Below the pieces are notes generated by a model. The model ran no database searches. It saw only the letters and a list, made by a program, of their open reading frames with translations, and had not been told where the DNA came from. A stretch of DNA of 64,000 nt, from contig JBEBIA010000003.1 of the NCBI GenBank assembly GCA_040080645.1, positions 11,575 through 75,574 of the forward strand, read 5' to 3'. This DNA is from Thiobacillus sp. (GTDB lineage Bacteria; Pseudomonadota; Gammaproteobacteria; Burkholderiales; Thiobacillaceae). A program made the translations under genes and the position numbers. Positions 49,884-58,739 of this stretch are shown here, in pieces; the stretch's first letter is position 1; each line of letters begins with the position of its first letter.

Positions 49884-51029
49884 ATGTTTGAACTGATGGA
49901 TGTAGACACCCAGGACGCAGTCATCAAGGTGATCGGTGTGGGCGGCTGCGGCGGCAATGCGGTCGATCACATGATTACCTCAGGGTTGAGTGGCGTGGAA
50001 TTCATCGCCATCAACACCGACGCGCAAGCCCTGAAACGCAACCAGGCCAAGCTGCAACTGCAACTCGGCAACGGCGTGACCAAGGGGCTGGGCGCCGGTG
50101 CCAACCCTGACATTGGCCGCGAAGCCGCGCTGGAAGACCGCGAGCGCATCGCCGAGCTGATCGACGGCGCGGACATGCTGTTCATCACTGCGGGCATGGG
50201 TGGCGGCACCGGCACCGGCGCTGCCCCCGTGGTTGCCGAAGTTGCCAAGGAACTCGGCATCCTCACCGTGGCGGTCGTCACCAAGCCCTTCATGTTTGAA
50301 GGCAAGCGCGTGCGTGCCGCCAACGCCGGTATCGAAGCGCTGGGCCGTCATGTTGATTCGCTGATCATTATCCCCAACGAAAAGCTGATGCAAGTGCTGG
50401 GCGACGACGTCTCGATGCTCGACGCCTTCAAGGCCGCCAACAACGTGCTGCACGGTGCTGTCGGTGGCATCGCCGAAGTGATCAACTGCCCGGGGCTGGT
50501 CAACGTCGACTTTGCCGACGTGCGCACCGTGATGAGCGAAATGGGCATGGCGATGATGGGATCGGCTGCGGCCAGTGGTGAAAACCGCGCCCGCATTGCC
50601 GCCGAGCAGGCCGTCGCCAGCCCGCTGCTGGAAGACGTGAATCTCGCGGGCGCACGCGGTGTGCTGGTCAACATCACCGCCTCGTCTACGGTGAAAATGC
50701 GCGAAATCCACGAAGTGATGAGCACCATCAAGGGCTTCACCGCAGAAGAAGCCACCGTCATCGTCGGTCAGGTGCTCGACGACAGCATGGAAGACAGTCT
50801 GCGCGTCACCATGGTGGCCACCGGTCTGGGCAGCCCCGTTGCACGGCAAAGCCCGAAGCCGATGCAGATCATTCGCACCGGAACGGACGACATGCCGATG
50901 ATGGTGGGTGGCGATGAAGAACTGCCCAGCGTGATGACCACCCGTCGTAGCCGCACCATTCAGGCCATGTCGGATTCCGGCATCGACACGCTGGATATTC
51001 CGGCGTTTCTGCGCAAGCAGGCAGACTGA
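49884..51029 (+). CDS. ftsZ: Cell division protein FtsZ
   Basis: [17 protein letters not shown]-terminal [11 protein letters not shown]. Confidence 0.99.
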   Translation: MFELMDVDTQDAVIKVIGVGGCGGNAVDHMITSGLSGVEFIAINTDAQALKRNQAKLQLQLGNGVTKGLGAGANPDIGREAALEDRERIAELIDGADMLFITAGMGGGTGTGAAPVVAEVAKELGILTVAVVTKPFMFEGKRVRAANAGIEALGRHVDSLIIIPNEKLMQVLGDDVSMLDAFKAANNVLHGAVGGIAEVINCPGLVNVDFADVRTVMSEMGMAMMGSAAASGENRARIAAEQAVASPLLEDVNLAGARGVLVNITASSTVKMREIHEVMSTIKGFTAEEATVIVGQVLDDSMEDSLRVTMVATGLGSPVARQSPKPMQIIRTGTDDMPMMVGGDEELPSVMTTRRSRTIQAMSDSGIDTLDIPAFLRKQAD

Positions 51030-51111
51030 CCGGTGAACCGTTGACGCGGGAACGGGTCAGACCGGTTCCCGCAGATTCGGCTCGCCTGCCGTGAACGGCT
51101 AAAATAACGGC

Positions 51112-52026
51112 ATGATCAAGCAACGTACTCTTAAAACCCCGGTCAAGGCGACCGGGGTTGGCCTGCATTCCGGCGTCAAGGTCGAGGTGACCTTGCGCCC
51201 GGCCGCCCCCGATTCCGGCATTGTGTTCCGCCGCATGGATCTCGATCCGCCTGCCGAACTCAAGGCCGACCCCTATCTTGTTACCGACACCCGCCTGTGT
51301 TCCATGCTGGAATCCGGCGCGGCCAAAGTGTCTACCGTCGAGCACCTCATGTCCGCGCTGGCGGGCCTGGGCATCGACAACCTGCTGGTCGATCTCACCG
51401 GTCCCGAGATTCCCATCATGGACGGCTCGTCCGCGCCCTTCGTGTTTTTGCTGCAATCGGCGGGCATCGTCGAGCAGGACGCAGCCAAGCAATACGTGCG
51501 CATCAAACAGCCCATCGAAGTGAAAGATGGCGACAAGTGGGCGCGCTTCGTGCCGCACCACGGCTTCAAGGTCGAATTTACCATCGACTTCAAGCACCCC
51601 GTGTTCGACAAGAGCGGCAAAACCGTCAGCATCGACTTCGCCGACACCGCCTACACCAAAGAAGTGTCGCGTGCGCGCACCTTCGGTTTCATGCACGAGG
51701 TCGAATACCTGCGCAACAACGGCCTCGCCCTTGGCGGCTCGCTCGACAACGCCATCGTCATGGACGAATACCGCGTGCTCAACCAGGATGGCCTGCGCTA
51801 CGACGACGAATTCGTCAAACACAAAGTGCTCGACGCCATTGGTGACCTGTATCTGCTGGGGCATCCCATCATCGGCGCCTTCGAAGCCTACAAATCCGGC
51901 CACGCGCTCAACAACGCCCTGCTGCGCGAACTCGCGCAACATCAGGACGCCTGGGAAATGGTCAGCTTCACCCAGGAGCAGGACGTGCCTGCCGCTTTTC
52001 TGCGCCTGCATCCGCTCACGGCATGA
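51112..52026 (+). CDS. lpxC: UDP-3-O-acyl-GlcNAc deacetylase
   Basis: QRTL...[28 protein letters not shown]. Confidence 0.98.
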   Translation: MIKQRTLKTPVKATGVGLHSGVKVEVTLRPAAPDSGIVFRRMDLDPPAELKADPYLVTDTRLCSMLESGAAKVSTVEHLMSALAGLGIDNLLVDLTGPEIPIMDGSSAPFVFLLQSAGIVEQDAAKQYVRIKQPIEVKDGDKWARFVPHHGFKVEFTIDFKHPVFDKSGKTVSIDFADTAYTKEVSRARTFGFMHEVEYLRNNGLALGGSLDNAIVMDEYRVLNQDGLRYDDEFVKHKVLDAIGDLYLLGHPIIGAFEAYKSGHALNNALLRELAQHQDAWEMVSFTQEQDVPAAFLRLHPLTA

Positions 52027-52205
52027 TCGTTCTGCGCCTGCTGATCGTCGCAGTCCTTGTTTCCGTGGCGGCGCTGGGTCTGGCGTGGTTATTGAGCGGC
52101 GACCGAAAGTATCTGGGTTATATCAGCCGCGTGCTGCGCTTCGCGCTTATCGTCGGCGTGATCGCGGCGCTGTTTTATGTGGTGGAGCGGCTGGTGTTGC
52201 GGTGA
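52023..52205 (+). CDS. Small two-TM membrane protein (60 aa)
   Basis: Two hydrophobic helices around SGDRKY; ATGA overlap with lpxC. Confidence 0.7.
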   Translation: MIVLRLLIVAVLVSVAALGLAWLLSGDRKYLGYISRVLRFALIVGVIAALFYVVERLVLR

Positions 52206-52220
52206 GGGCAGAAATAATCG

Positions 52221-52266
52221 TGTCTGACCCTATTCTCTCTGTTTGTCTGACCCTATTCTCTCTGTT
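52221..52266 (+). repeat. Perfect 2 x 23-bp tandem repeat
   Basis: TGTCTGACCCTATTCTCTCTGTT at 52221-52243 and 52244-52266. Confidence 0.95.
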
Positions 52267-52316
52267 TTATTCCGTCACGTGACGGCTATTTAACGTTAGC
52301 CTGCGGGGAGTCACTT

Positions 52317-53630
52317 TTGTCAGACACTGAGTTGAAACTCAAATTTTGGCGCGGAGACCAAATTGGCGCTGAGAGATTGGCAGCGACAATTCTTCACATC
52401 GATGGTTTCTCATCCGTTGACCCGCAATGCCCGCTTGGTGGCCCCGATGGATTGAAGGACCTGCTTTGTGAAAAGAATAGCTGGCGCTATGTTGCCGCTG
52501 CTTATTTCCCTACCGCTGAGAAAGATTTCAAAGCTGTTCAAGATAAATTCATTCACGACCTCGCTGGTGTTACAAAGAACTCTGCTCAAGGAATTGTATT
52601 TCTCACGAACCAGTCGCTAACGCCAAGTCAGCGCGAAGCTCTTTCTGAATTGGCTGACGCCAATGGGCATAAAGCAATTTTGTACCACCTAGAACGACTG
52701 CGGTCTTTACTTGACAGCCCCTCAGGTTACGGCGCCAGATTGGAATTCCTTGATATAGACATGGCCAGAGAAGAGCAATTAAGCTTCTTCTCGCAATGGA
52801 ATAGATCATTCACAGATCAACTTCAGGCACATGGCCTAATGATCATCAGAGAAATATCAAAGAAGATCGATTTACTCGCAGGTACAACGGAAAAGTTCGG
52901 GCTTCGCGTTGATGAAATGAGCGAGTTTGTTGCCCAAACTCGCTCATTTCTTGATTCCGTAAAAGCACCAAGTAACAAAAGAAACTTTGCCCAATCGGTA
53001 CACGATTTCTCAACCAAAGAGTTGACAGTTAACGACCTGTGTATGTTGCATCGTGCCCTGCTATTTGATGACTCAATTGGATTACACGTTGGCAAACTAC
53101 GGCAAGATGTTATCTGGATTGGAGGTCCAGGTGCAAACCTAGCTACAGCACAGTTTGTCCCGCCAGCACCAGAACTTGTACCTGAGTTACTTGAAGCAAT
53201 GTTGTCTGAGTGGAGAGATAACTTCGACAACCTCGACAAGGCAACAGACAAAGACAAAATTACCGCAATCGCAAAATTTCATCACAGGTTTCTTAATATT
53301 CATCCGTTCATGGATGGAAATGGACGCATTGCTCGCTTTTTATTAACGCAACATGCTCATGAACTTCTCAAGCAAAAACAACGAATCATTATTGAGGATC
53401 GTCGCCCATACTTCGATGCGCTCTCACTTGCCGATAAAGGTGATTACTCGGCTCTTGAAACTCAAATAACACAAGCAATATTTGGTGTTGAGTTTGTGGC
53501 GGGTTCGCCATGTCAGATGTCAGGACAGCAATGCCCTGCATGTAAGGAGGGTGTCATGGATACCGACATAAGTGGAACAGGTGTTAAGTGTTCATCCTGC
53601 GGTTTATTTATTCCTGCTGTATTGCCATGA
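52317..53630 (+). CDS. Fic-domain protein with an N-terminal restriction-endonuclease-like domain and a C-terminal Zn ribbon
   Basis: Canonical Fic motif HPFMDGNGRIAR; N-terminal PLGGPDGLKD...FLTNQ; C-terminal CPAC-x16-CSSC; TTG start after GGAG; AT-rich. Confidence 0.85.
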   Translation: MSDTELKLKFWRGDQIGAERLAATILHIDGFSSVDPQCPLGGPDGLKDLLCEKNSWRYVAAAYFPTAEKDFKAVQDKFIHDLAGVTKNSAQGIVFLTNQSLTPSQREALSELADANGHKAILYHLERLRSLLDSPSGYGARLEFLDIDMAREEQLSFFSQWNRSFTDQLQAHGLMIIREISKKIDLLAGTTEKFGLRVDEMSEFVAQTRSFLDSVKAPSNKRNFAQSVHDFSTKELTVNDLCMLHRALLFDDSIGLHVGKLRQDVIWIGGPGANLATAQFVPPAPELVPELLEAMLSEWRDNFDNLDKATDKDKITAIAKFHHRFLNIHPFMDGNGRIARFLLTQHAHELLKQKQRIIIEDRRPYFDALSLADKGDYSALETQITQAIFGVEFVAGSPCQMSGQQCPACKEGVMDTDISGTGVKCSSCGLFIPAVLP

Positions 53631-53634
53631 ACAA

Positions 53635-53706
53635 GGCTAACTTGGCGCTCAAGTGGGACGCCAAAAATGCTGCGCATTTTCGTCGCCCCTTAGCTCTACG
53701 TTGGGC
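53635..53706 (+). other. attC recombination site (72 bp)
   Basis: R'' GGCTAAC; L'' GCTCAAG pairing with L' CTTAGC with an extrahelical C; inner stem AAAATGC/GCATTTT; R' GTTGGGC. Confidence 0.9.
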
Positions 53707-53789
53707 ATCACAAGTAGAATTTTGCAATTGGAAGCCAATCACCATGACAGCAGCCAAAGGAACGCTCAAGACCTGCGCTAAAGGACGCG

Positions 53790-53957
53790 CCTACTGTGAT
53801 TTCAGGCAAGCACAGCAATGCCGCGCTGATGCCGACGGAAGACTGGAATGCAATTCAGGAAACCCTGTATTTGCTGGCCGTGCCGGGGGTGCGTGAGTCC
53901 ATCAAGGCGGGCATGGCGGAGCCGCTCGCAAAAAGTGCGCGGGCGCTCAAGTGGTAA
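53790..53957 (+). pseudogene. Truncated Phd/YefM-type antitoxin
   Basis: Frame reads PTVISGKHSNAALMPTEDWNAIQETLYLLAVPGVRESIKAGMAEPLAKSARALKW*. The N-terminal DNA-binding part is missing (in-frame TGA at 53745) and no intact toxin follows. Confidence 0.8.
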
Positions 53958-53999
53958 CTTGGGTGGTTGCTGGGTCATTTGACGTTTCCCTCGTTTGAT

Positions 54000-55784
54000 A
54001 TGCATCACGCTGACACCACAGTATTGCTTGCCTGTCTGAAAGACGACCTGTCGATTGAGCAGGGCGTTCTCACGGATGCACTGAACATCGACCAATACGA
54101 TCTGCTTTACCCGCAGATTGAGCAGCGCATGTGGCAGGGCGACGACGCTGCCTTTGCGCACTGGCTGGGGCGATATCAGGCGCTGTTCCGCGAGCAGCAG
54201 GCCTTGATTGACGCTTCGGACCTGCGCGAACAACACCATTTCATCATCGGTATACCGGTCGCGGGGCGTCCGGCGCATCTGCGCCATTGCCTCGACAGCA
54301 TCCTTCAGCAGTGTCACCTGTTTGGCTATGGCGGTCAGGATGCCGGCGGACGCTACGCCAAATTCACCGTGATCGTGTCGGAAGACAGCCGTGACGCTGA
54401 ACATCGAGCGCAGCACCAGGCACTCGTCGCTGAGTATTGCGACAAGGGTTTGTCCGTCGTGCACTACGATCTGCCCGAGCAAGTTCAGTTGTTGCAAGCT
54501 ATTCCAGATACTGAACGCGCACAGCTCGGCAGGCTGCTCACCACCCAGCCCGCCGACCGTTTTTATCAGAAAGGCCAGGCGGCAAACCGCAACCTCTGCT
54601 ACCTGAAAATGCGCCAGCTCACGCAGGACACGGCACGCACGCTCTATTATCTGGTGGACAGCGATCAACTGTTTCTGGTGAACCGCCAGACCGCCGAGGG
54701 CGAGCGCGCCTATCCGGCGCTGAATTATTTCTACACGCTCGACCGTATATTTCGAACACAGCCCGTCTCGGTACTGACAGGCAAACTGGTCGGTGACCCG
54801 CCCGTTTCCCCCGCCGTCATGGCCGCGAATTTTCTCGATGACGTCACGGCGTTTTTGCAGCGCATCGCCACGCTTGATTCCCATGCCGCGTGCAGCTTCC
54901 ACCCGCAGAATGTGCCGCTGCCGGACGACGCGGCCTACCACGACCTGGCCAGCCGCTTCGGCTTCGATGCGCCGACCCAAGCTGTCGACTACCGCTGCCC
55001 CCTCGAGGGCGCACACGATCACGCCGCCTGCCTGTCGACATTTTCAGCGCGCCTGCACAACTTCTTTTTCGGCGAACATCTCACGCGCAAAACCGGCTTC
55101 CGCTACGCCGGGTCCTCGCTGGCCCTCAGCCCCGCGCGAACCATTTATCCCGGCAACACCATCGTCAATTTTGAGGGCCTGAAAACCATCATTCCCTTCG
55201 GTCACCTGCGCCTGCGCATGTCCGGCCCCACCGCCGGGCGGCTGATCCAGGCCGAAATCGGCAGCCGTTTCGCGTCGGTCAATCTACCCATGCTGCACAA
55301 GCGTACGATTGCCGACGCGCAGGATGCGTTTCGCCCCGGCGTCGAACAACACAATGCGGCAATTGATATCTCGGACGAATTCGAGCGCCAGTTTTTTGGC
55401 GATCTGATGCTGTTCTCTGTTGTGGCCTGGCTGAAAGACCACCGCCTCGATGATCTCAGCGACAGCACCCAGCTGGACACCGTGGTGGAGCAGGTGGAAG
55501 CCGGATTGCTAGTGGACTATGCAGACAAGCATCGCGCCGTGAACGACCGCCGCGAAGCGCTCGAACGCTGGCTGGATGCCCGGCCCGGCTGGCCCGACCC
55601 GTCAACGCATGCCCGGCTCACGCAGTTTCTGCGTAACATCGCCGCCAATTTTGGCGACGCCTCGCCCGCCTGGACACAGATTCAATCGGCTGCGCATCGT
55701 CAGCAGCGCCGCCAGCAAATTGTCGATGCGCTGCGGCATTACCGACGCGAGCGCGACGCGTGGGATCGTCTGTTTAGTCAGTAA
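54000..55784 (+). CDS. Hypothetical protein with GT-A (glycosyltransferase 2-like) motifs
   Basis: FIIGIPVAGRP..L..CLDSI, VIVSEDS, GQAANRN, YYLVDSD (DxD). Start uncertain (53967 TTG or 54000 ATG). Confidence 0.7.
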   Translation: MHHADTTVLLACLKDDLSIEQGVLTDALNIDQYDLLYPQIEQRMWQGDDAAFAHWLGRYQALFREQQALIDASDLREQHHFIIGIPVAGRPAHLRHCLDSILQQCHLFGYGGQDAGGRYAKFTVIVSEDSRDAEHRAQHQALVAEYCDKGLSVVHYDLPEQVQLLQAIPDTERAQLGRLLTTQPADRFYQKGQAANRNLCYLKMRQLTQDTARTLYYLVDSDQLFLVNRQTAEGERAYPALNYFYTLDRIFRTQPVSVLTGKLVGDPPVSPAVMAANFLDDVTAFLQRIATLDSHAACSFHPQNVPLPDDAAYHDLASRFGFDAPTQAVDYRCPLEGAHDHAACLSTFSARLHNFFFGEHLTRKTGFRYAGSSLALSPARTIYPGNTIVNFEGLKTIIPFGHLRLRMSGPTAGRLIQAEIGSRFASVNLPMLHKRTIADAQDAFRPGVEQHNAAIDISDEFERQFFGDLMLFSVVAWLKDHRLDDLSDSTQLDTVVEQVEAGLLVDYADKHRAVNDRREALERWLDARPGWPDPSTHARLTQFLRNIAANFGDASPAWTQIQSAAHRQQRRQQIVDALRHYRRERDAWDRLFSQ

Positions 55785-56514
55785 ACGACGCTGCTGCGTG
55801 CTTGATCAACTGCTGGCGGCAATCGTCATAGACCTGCTGCGCGCGCGCCAGCGATGCTGCGTCCAGCGTGATTTCGGCGTAGTCGCTTGCGGTGCGGATC
55901 ACTTCTCCGGCTGCCATCGCGGACGAAGTGTCGCCCGCGCCCGCGATCCCGGTTTTTGCAAAGGTCTGATAACGCGGCTGCAGCGGCGAACCCAGCTGCA
56001 ACCAGTCGCCCAGCGCCGCCAGCGTGCGCGTTGGTGCCGTACAAATCAGCGCGGCATCAAAATAGCGGTAGCGCTCCGCATGCCGTGCGGCAAACCCCGC
56101 AAGCCATTGCAGCCGCTCGATGTAATACGTCGTCGCTCCCACCGGATCGGCATAGGGATCGCTGACTGCCTTTCGCGCAAACAGGCTGACGATGCTTTTC
56201 AGCGTCGACTCCGGGGGGCGCAACGCAATCAGCACCTGCGTAGGGTGCGGATCGCAAGCGGCCAAATCCAGTGCGTAATCGTTGTGCAGCAGTTTATCGA
56301 ACAGGTAGCGCCCACCAGGTTTCAGCCTGTCGTGCGCGGCATAGCGCCGTAGCTGTTCTTCCAGATCGGTAGTCGATGCATACGACAGATGCATCTCGTA
56401 ATAGCCATTGATTTCAGGATGCGAACCCAGAAGATGCCCCACCAGGCTGGTGTAGGCGCGCATATGGCTGAGCAGGAAAATGCGCGCGAGCGGGAGAGGC
56501 CGGTTTGATTCCAT
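55774..56514 (-). CDS. Sulfotransferase-fold protein
   Basis: IFLLSHMRAYTSLVGHLLGSHPEI.GYYE (5'-PSB-like region), DKLLH, LRPPESTLKSI (3'-PB-like). Confidence 0.7.
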   Translation of the reverse strand: MESNRPLPLARIFLLSHMRAYTSLVGHLLGSHPEINGYYEMHLSYASTTDLEEQLRRYAAHDRLKPGGRYLFDKLLHNDYALDLAACDPHPTQVLIALRPPESTLKSIVSLFARKAVSDPYADPVGATTYYIERLQWLAGFAARHAERYRYFDAALICTAPTRTLAALGDWLQLGSPLQPRYQTFAKTGIAGAGDTSSAMAAGEVIRTASDYAEITLDAASLARAQQVYDDCRQQLIKHAAASFTD

Positions 56515-56540
56515 GCGTTCATATTATTGCAGGCTTCCTC

Positions 56541-58739
56541 TCAATCCTGCTTCTGCACCCAGAACTGATACATGCCAAAGAAGGTATCGGGATTGTCTGC
56601 TTCGAACGCGTGCCATTGCGTCAGATCGGTGGCAGCCGGGTCATCCGGAAAGCGTTGCCGGTAGGCATTCAACACCTCCGGCTCGGTTTCAAACCCGAGG
56701 AAATTCAGCTGGTGCTCGCGCAGAAATTCGGCAATCGCGGGCAGCGTGAGCTGGTGTTCCTGAACATGGAACAGCAGATCGCGACAGCTGCTGGTGCTGT
56801 AAAAATCAGTCACTGCCAGCAGATTGCCCAGGGCTGAAGGGTCGGGCAGCGCCATCAAATCCTGTCGGCAACGCCGGATGCCGTCGGCGTCGGTTGCGTA
56901 CCCATTGTCGGCGATGAACTGGCGAATCCGCACGACGTGCTGCCGTGCGAGCGCACTGTAAAATCCCAGACACATCAGGCCGCCCGGCCGCAGCAGCGAG
57001 AGCAGCGTGCGCCAGCCTTGCCATGGATCGGCCAGATGGTGCAGCACGCCGATGGATTCGATCACGTCAAAATCGCGCCCCAGCGCCCCGAGCTTCAGCA
57101 GGTCGCCATGCATATATTCCACATTGCCCAGACCCATTTCGTGCGTTTTTCGCTTGGCATACGCCAGGCTGCCGAGACTCAGGTCGATCGCCAGGATGCG
57201 TGCGTCAGGCAGCGTCCGCGCGCGGTTGGTCGAATGCTGGCCAGTGCCGCAGCCTGCAATCAGTATGTCCCGGCGCGGGGCCACTGCGTCTTCGCGAAAA
57301 CCGGCGAGCGGAAATTTCTGTTTGAGCAGGGTGTCGATGTCGAAGGTCGTGTCGACCGGAGACGCCTTGATCCAGCGCGGGTAAGGGTTCTCTTCGTATT
57401 GCTGCTGAACCTGGCGCGACACCGCGTTTTCAATTGTGCTCAGCGCGGGAATACTCGGGCGCACCGTCTGCTCGACCGAGGGCTCGACGAGTTGCTGCAC
57501 CAGCACCGCAGCCACTTCAGCGGGCCACGGGCGTTCCAGCAGGCGCGACGCCGAAGGAAGCGCGCTCAGCGGCAGATAGGTCGCCAGCGCAAGCGGCCAG
57601 ATCGCGGGCACTTCCGCCTGCGTGGCCAGCGCGTTTTCCAGGGCTTCTGCCAGCAAGCCGGCCTGCTGAATTTCGGCCTCGTCCAGCGCAAACACATACT
57701 CGTTAATGAAACACTGCTGGGCCAGCGCACTGTGGAAATTCAGCGAAGCCCCCACGTCAGCCTCAAGCAGAATCGCCCGCCGGGCCAGCGTCAGCAGGCG
57801 CTCCAACCCCACATCGCACACCGGCGTTGCCGTGAGCAGGGCACACAACAGCGCGTCCGCCCCCAGCGTATCCAGATCCCGAGCGTCAAACCCAGCCTGC
57901 GCAGAGGCCCGGTGGGGCCAGGTCGCTTCAGCGCGTGCCAGATAATCGCCGACTTGCGGGTCAAGCTTGATGAAATCCGTGCTGACATGGGCCAGCTCGA
58001 CCGGCCGGTCCCAGGGCGCGTTCAGCGCACGCACCAGCAGCTCGCGCACCTGAGGATTCGTCTGCGTGAAACGCAGGCGCTTGATGCAGGCGGCGAAAAT
58101 TCGCGTCGCCCGCACGCCCTCCTGGATCGGCAGCGCGCGCATGACACATTCCAGCGCCGCAAGCGATTCGCCTCGGGTGTTGAGCAATGCGGCCAGGTTT
58201 TCCAGCGCATCGGCATCGTCGGGCGCGTGCGCCAGTGCATTGCGGAAACACGCTTCGGCTTCATCAAACCGTTGCCGTGATTGCAGTAGTGCGCCCAGAT
58301 TGTTGTGCGCGCGGACGTAATCCGGCGTCAGTGCCAGCGCCCGGCGATAACTGATTTCGGCATCGTCGAGCGCCCCCCGGTCCTGCAGCGCCACGCCCAG
58401 ATTGCTGTGCGCCTGCGCATCGTTCGGGTTGATGGCCAGCGCCCGCCGACAACTGGCCTCGGCCTCCTCGTGCCGCCCCAGACTGTTGAGCGTAATCCCG
58501 AGATTGTTGTGCGCCTCGGCATCCCGGGGCAGCAGCGTCGCCGCCTTGCGCATCGGGCGCAGCGCGTCCGCATTCCGCCCCAGCTGCATGAGCGACACCC
58601 CCAGCAGCTTCCAGCTCATCCCGTGCCGGGGGAAACGAAGCGTCAACGCCCCGGCCTGCTCAGCCGCCGCCTCCAGCCGATGGTCGTTGAACATCGCGAT
58701 GACCGCGTTGAATTCCTGGGGGCTGGGCTGAATGTTCAT
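56541..58739 (-). CDS. TPR-repeat class I SAM-dependent methyltransferase
   Basis: About five TPRs (AHNNLG, AHSNLG), QQYEENPYPRW, ILIAGCGTGQH, IESIGVLHHL, DLLFHVQEH; start set at MNIQP (58739). Confidence 0.85.
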   Translation of the reverse strand: MNIQPSPQEFNAVIAMFNDHRLEAAAEQAGALTLRFPRHGMSWKLLGVSLMQLGRNADALRPMRKAATLLPRDAEAHNNLGITLNSLGRHEEAEASCRRALAINPNDAQAHSNLGVALQDRGALDDAEISYRRALALTPDYVRAHNNLGALLQSRQRFDEAEACFRNALAHAPDDADALENLAALLNTRGESLAALECVMRALPIQEGVRATRIFAACIKRLRFTQTNPQVRELLVRALNAPWDRPVELAHVSTDFIKLDPQVGDYLARAEATWPHRASAQAGFDARDLDTLGADALLCALLTATPVCDVGLERLLTLARRAILLEADVGASLNFHSALAQQCFINEYVFALDEAEIQQAGLLAEALENALATQAEVPAIWPLALATYLPLSALPSASRLLERPWPAEVAAVLVQQLVEPSVEQTVRPSIPALSTIENAVSRQVQQQYEENPYPRWIKASPVDTTFDIDTLLKQKFPLAGFREDAVAPRRDILIAGCGTGQHSTNRARTLPDARILAIDLSLGSLAYAKRKTHEMGLGNVEYMHGDLLKLGALGRDFDVIESIGVLHHLADPWQGWRTLLSLLRPGGLMCLGFYSALARQHVVRIRQFIADNGYATDADGIRRCRQDLMALPDPSALGNLLAVTDFYSTSSCRDLLFHVQEHQLTLPAIAEFLREHQLNFLGFETEPEVLNAYRQRFPDDPAATDLTQWHAFEADNPDTFFGMYQFWVQKQD

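Larger units (their letters stand above)
52295..53706 (+). mobile_element. Integron gene cassette without an adjacent integrase
   Basis: Begins at core GTTAGCC (52295-52301), holds one AT-rich ORF, and ends in an attC whose inverse core GGCTAAC is the exact complement of that 5' core. Confidence 0.85.

Noticed and set aside
52221-52266. Possible CRISPR array
   Set aside because: Only two abutting copies, no spacers and no cas genes.
53588-53896. 102-aa ORF across the attC
   Set aside because: It overlaps the Fic gene end, the attC and the antitoxin relic in another frame, with no motif; at most ATG 53744 is the stub of a lost cassette gene.
53942-53962. Second attC, suggested by GGCGCTCAAGTGG and TAACTTGG matching the real attC
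   Set aside because: The order is permuted, there is no L'/R' arm or foldable stem, and the sequence is explained by the antitoxin C-terminus (ALKW*).
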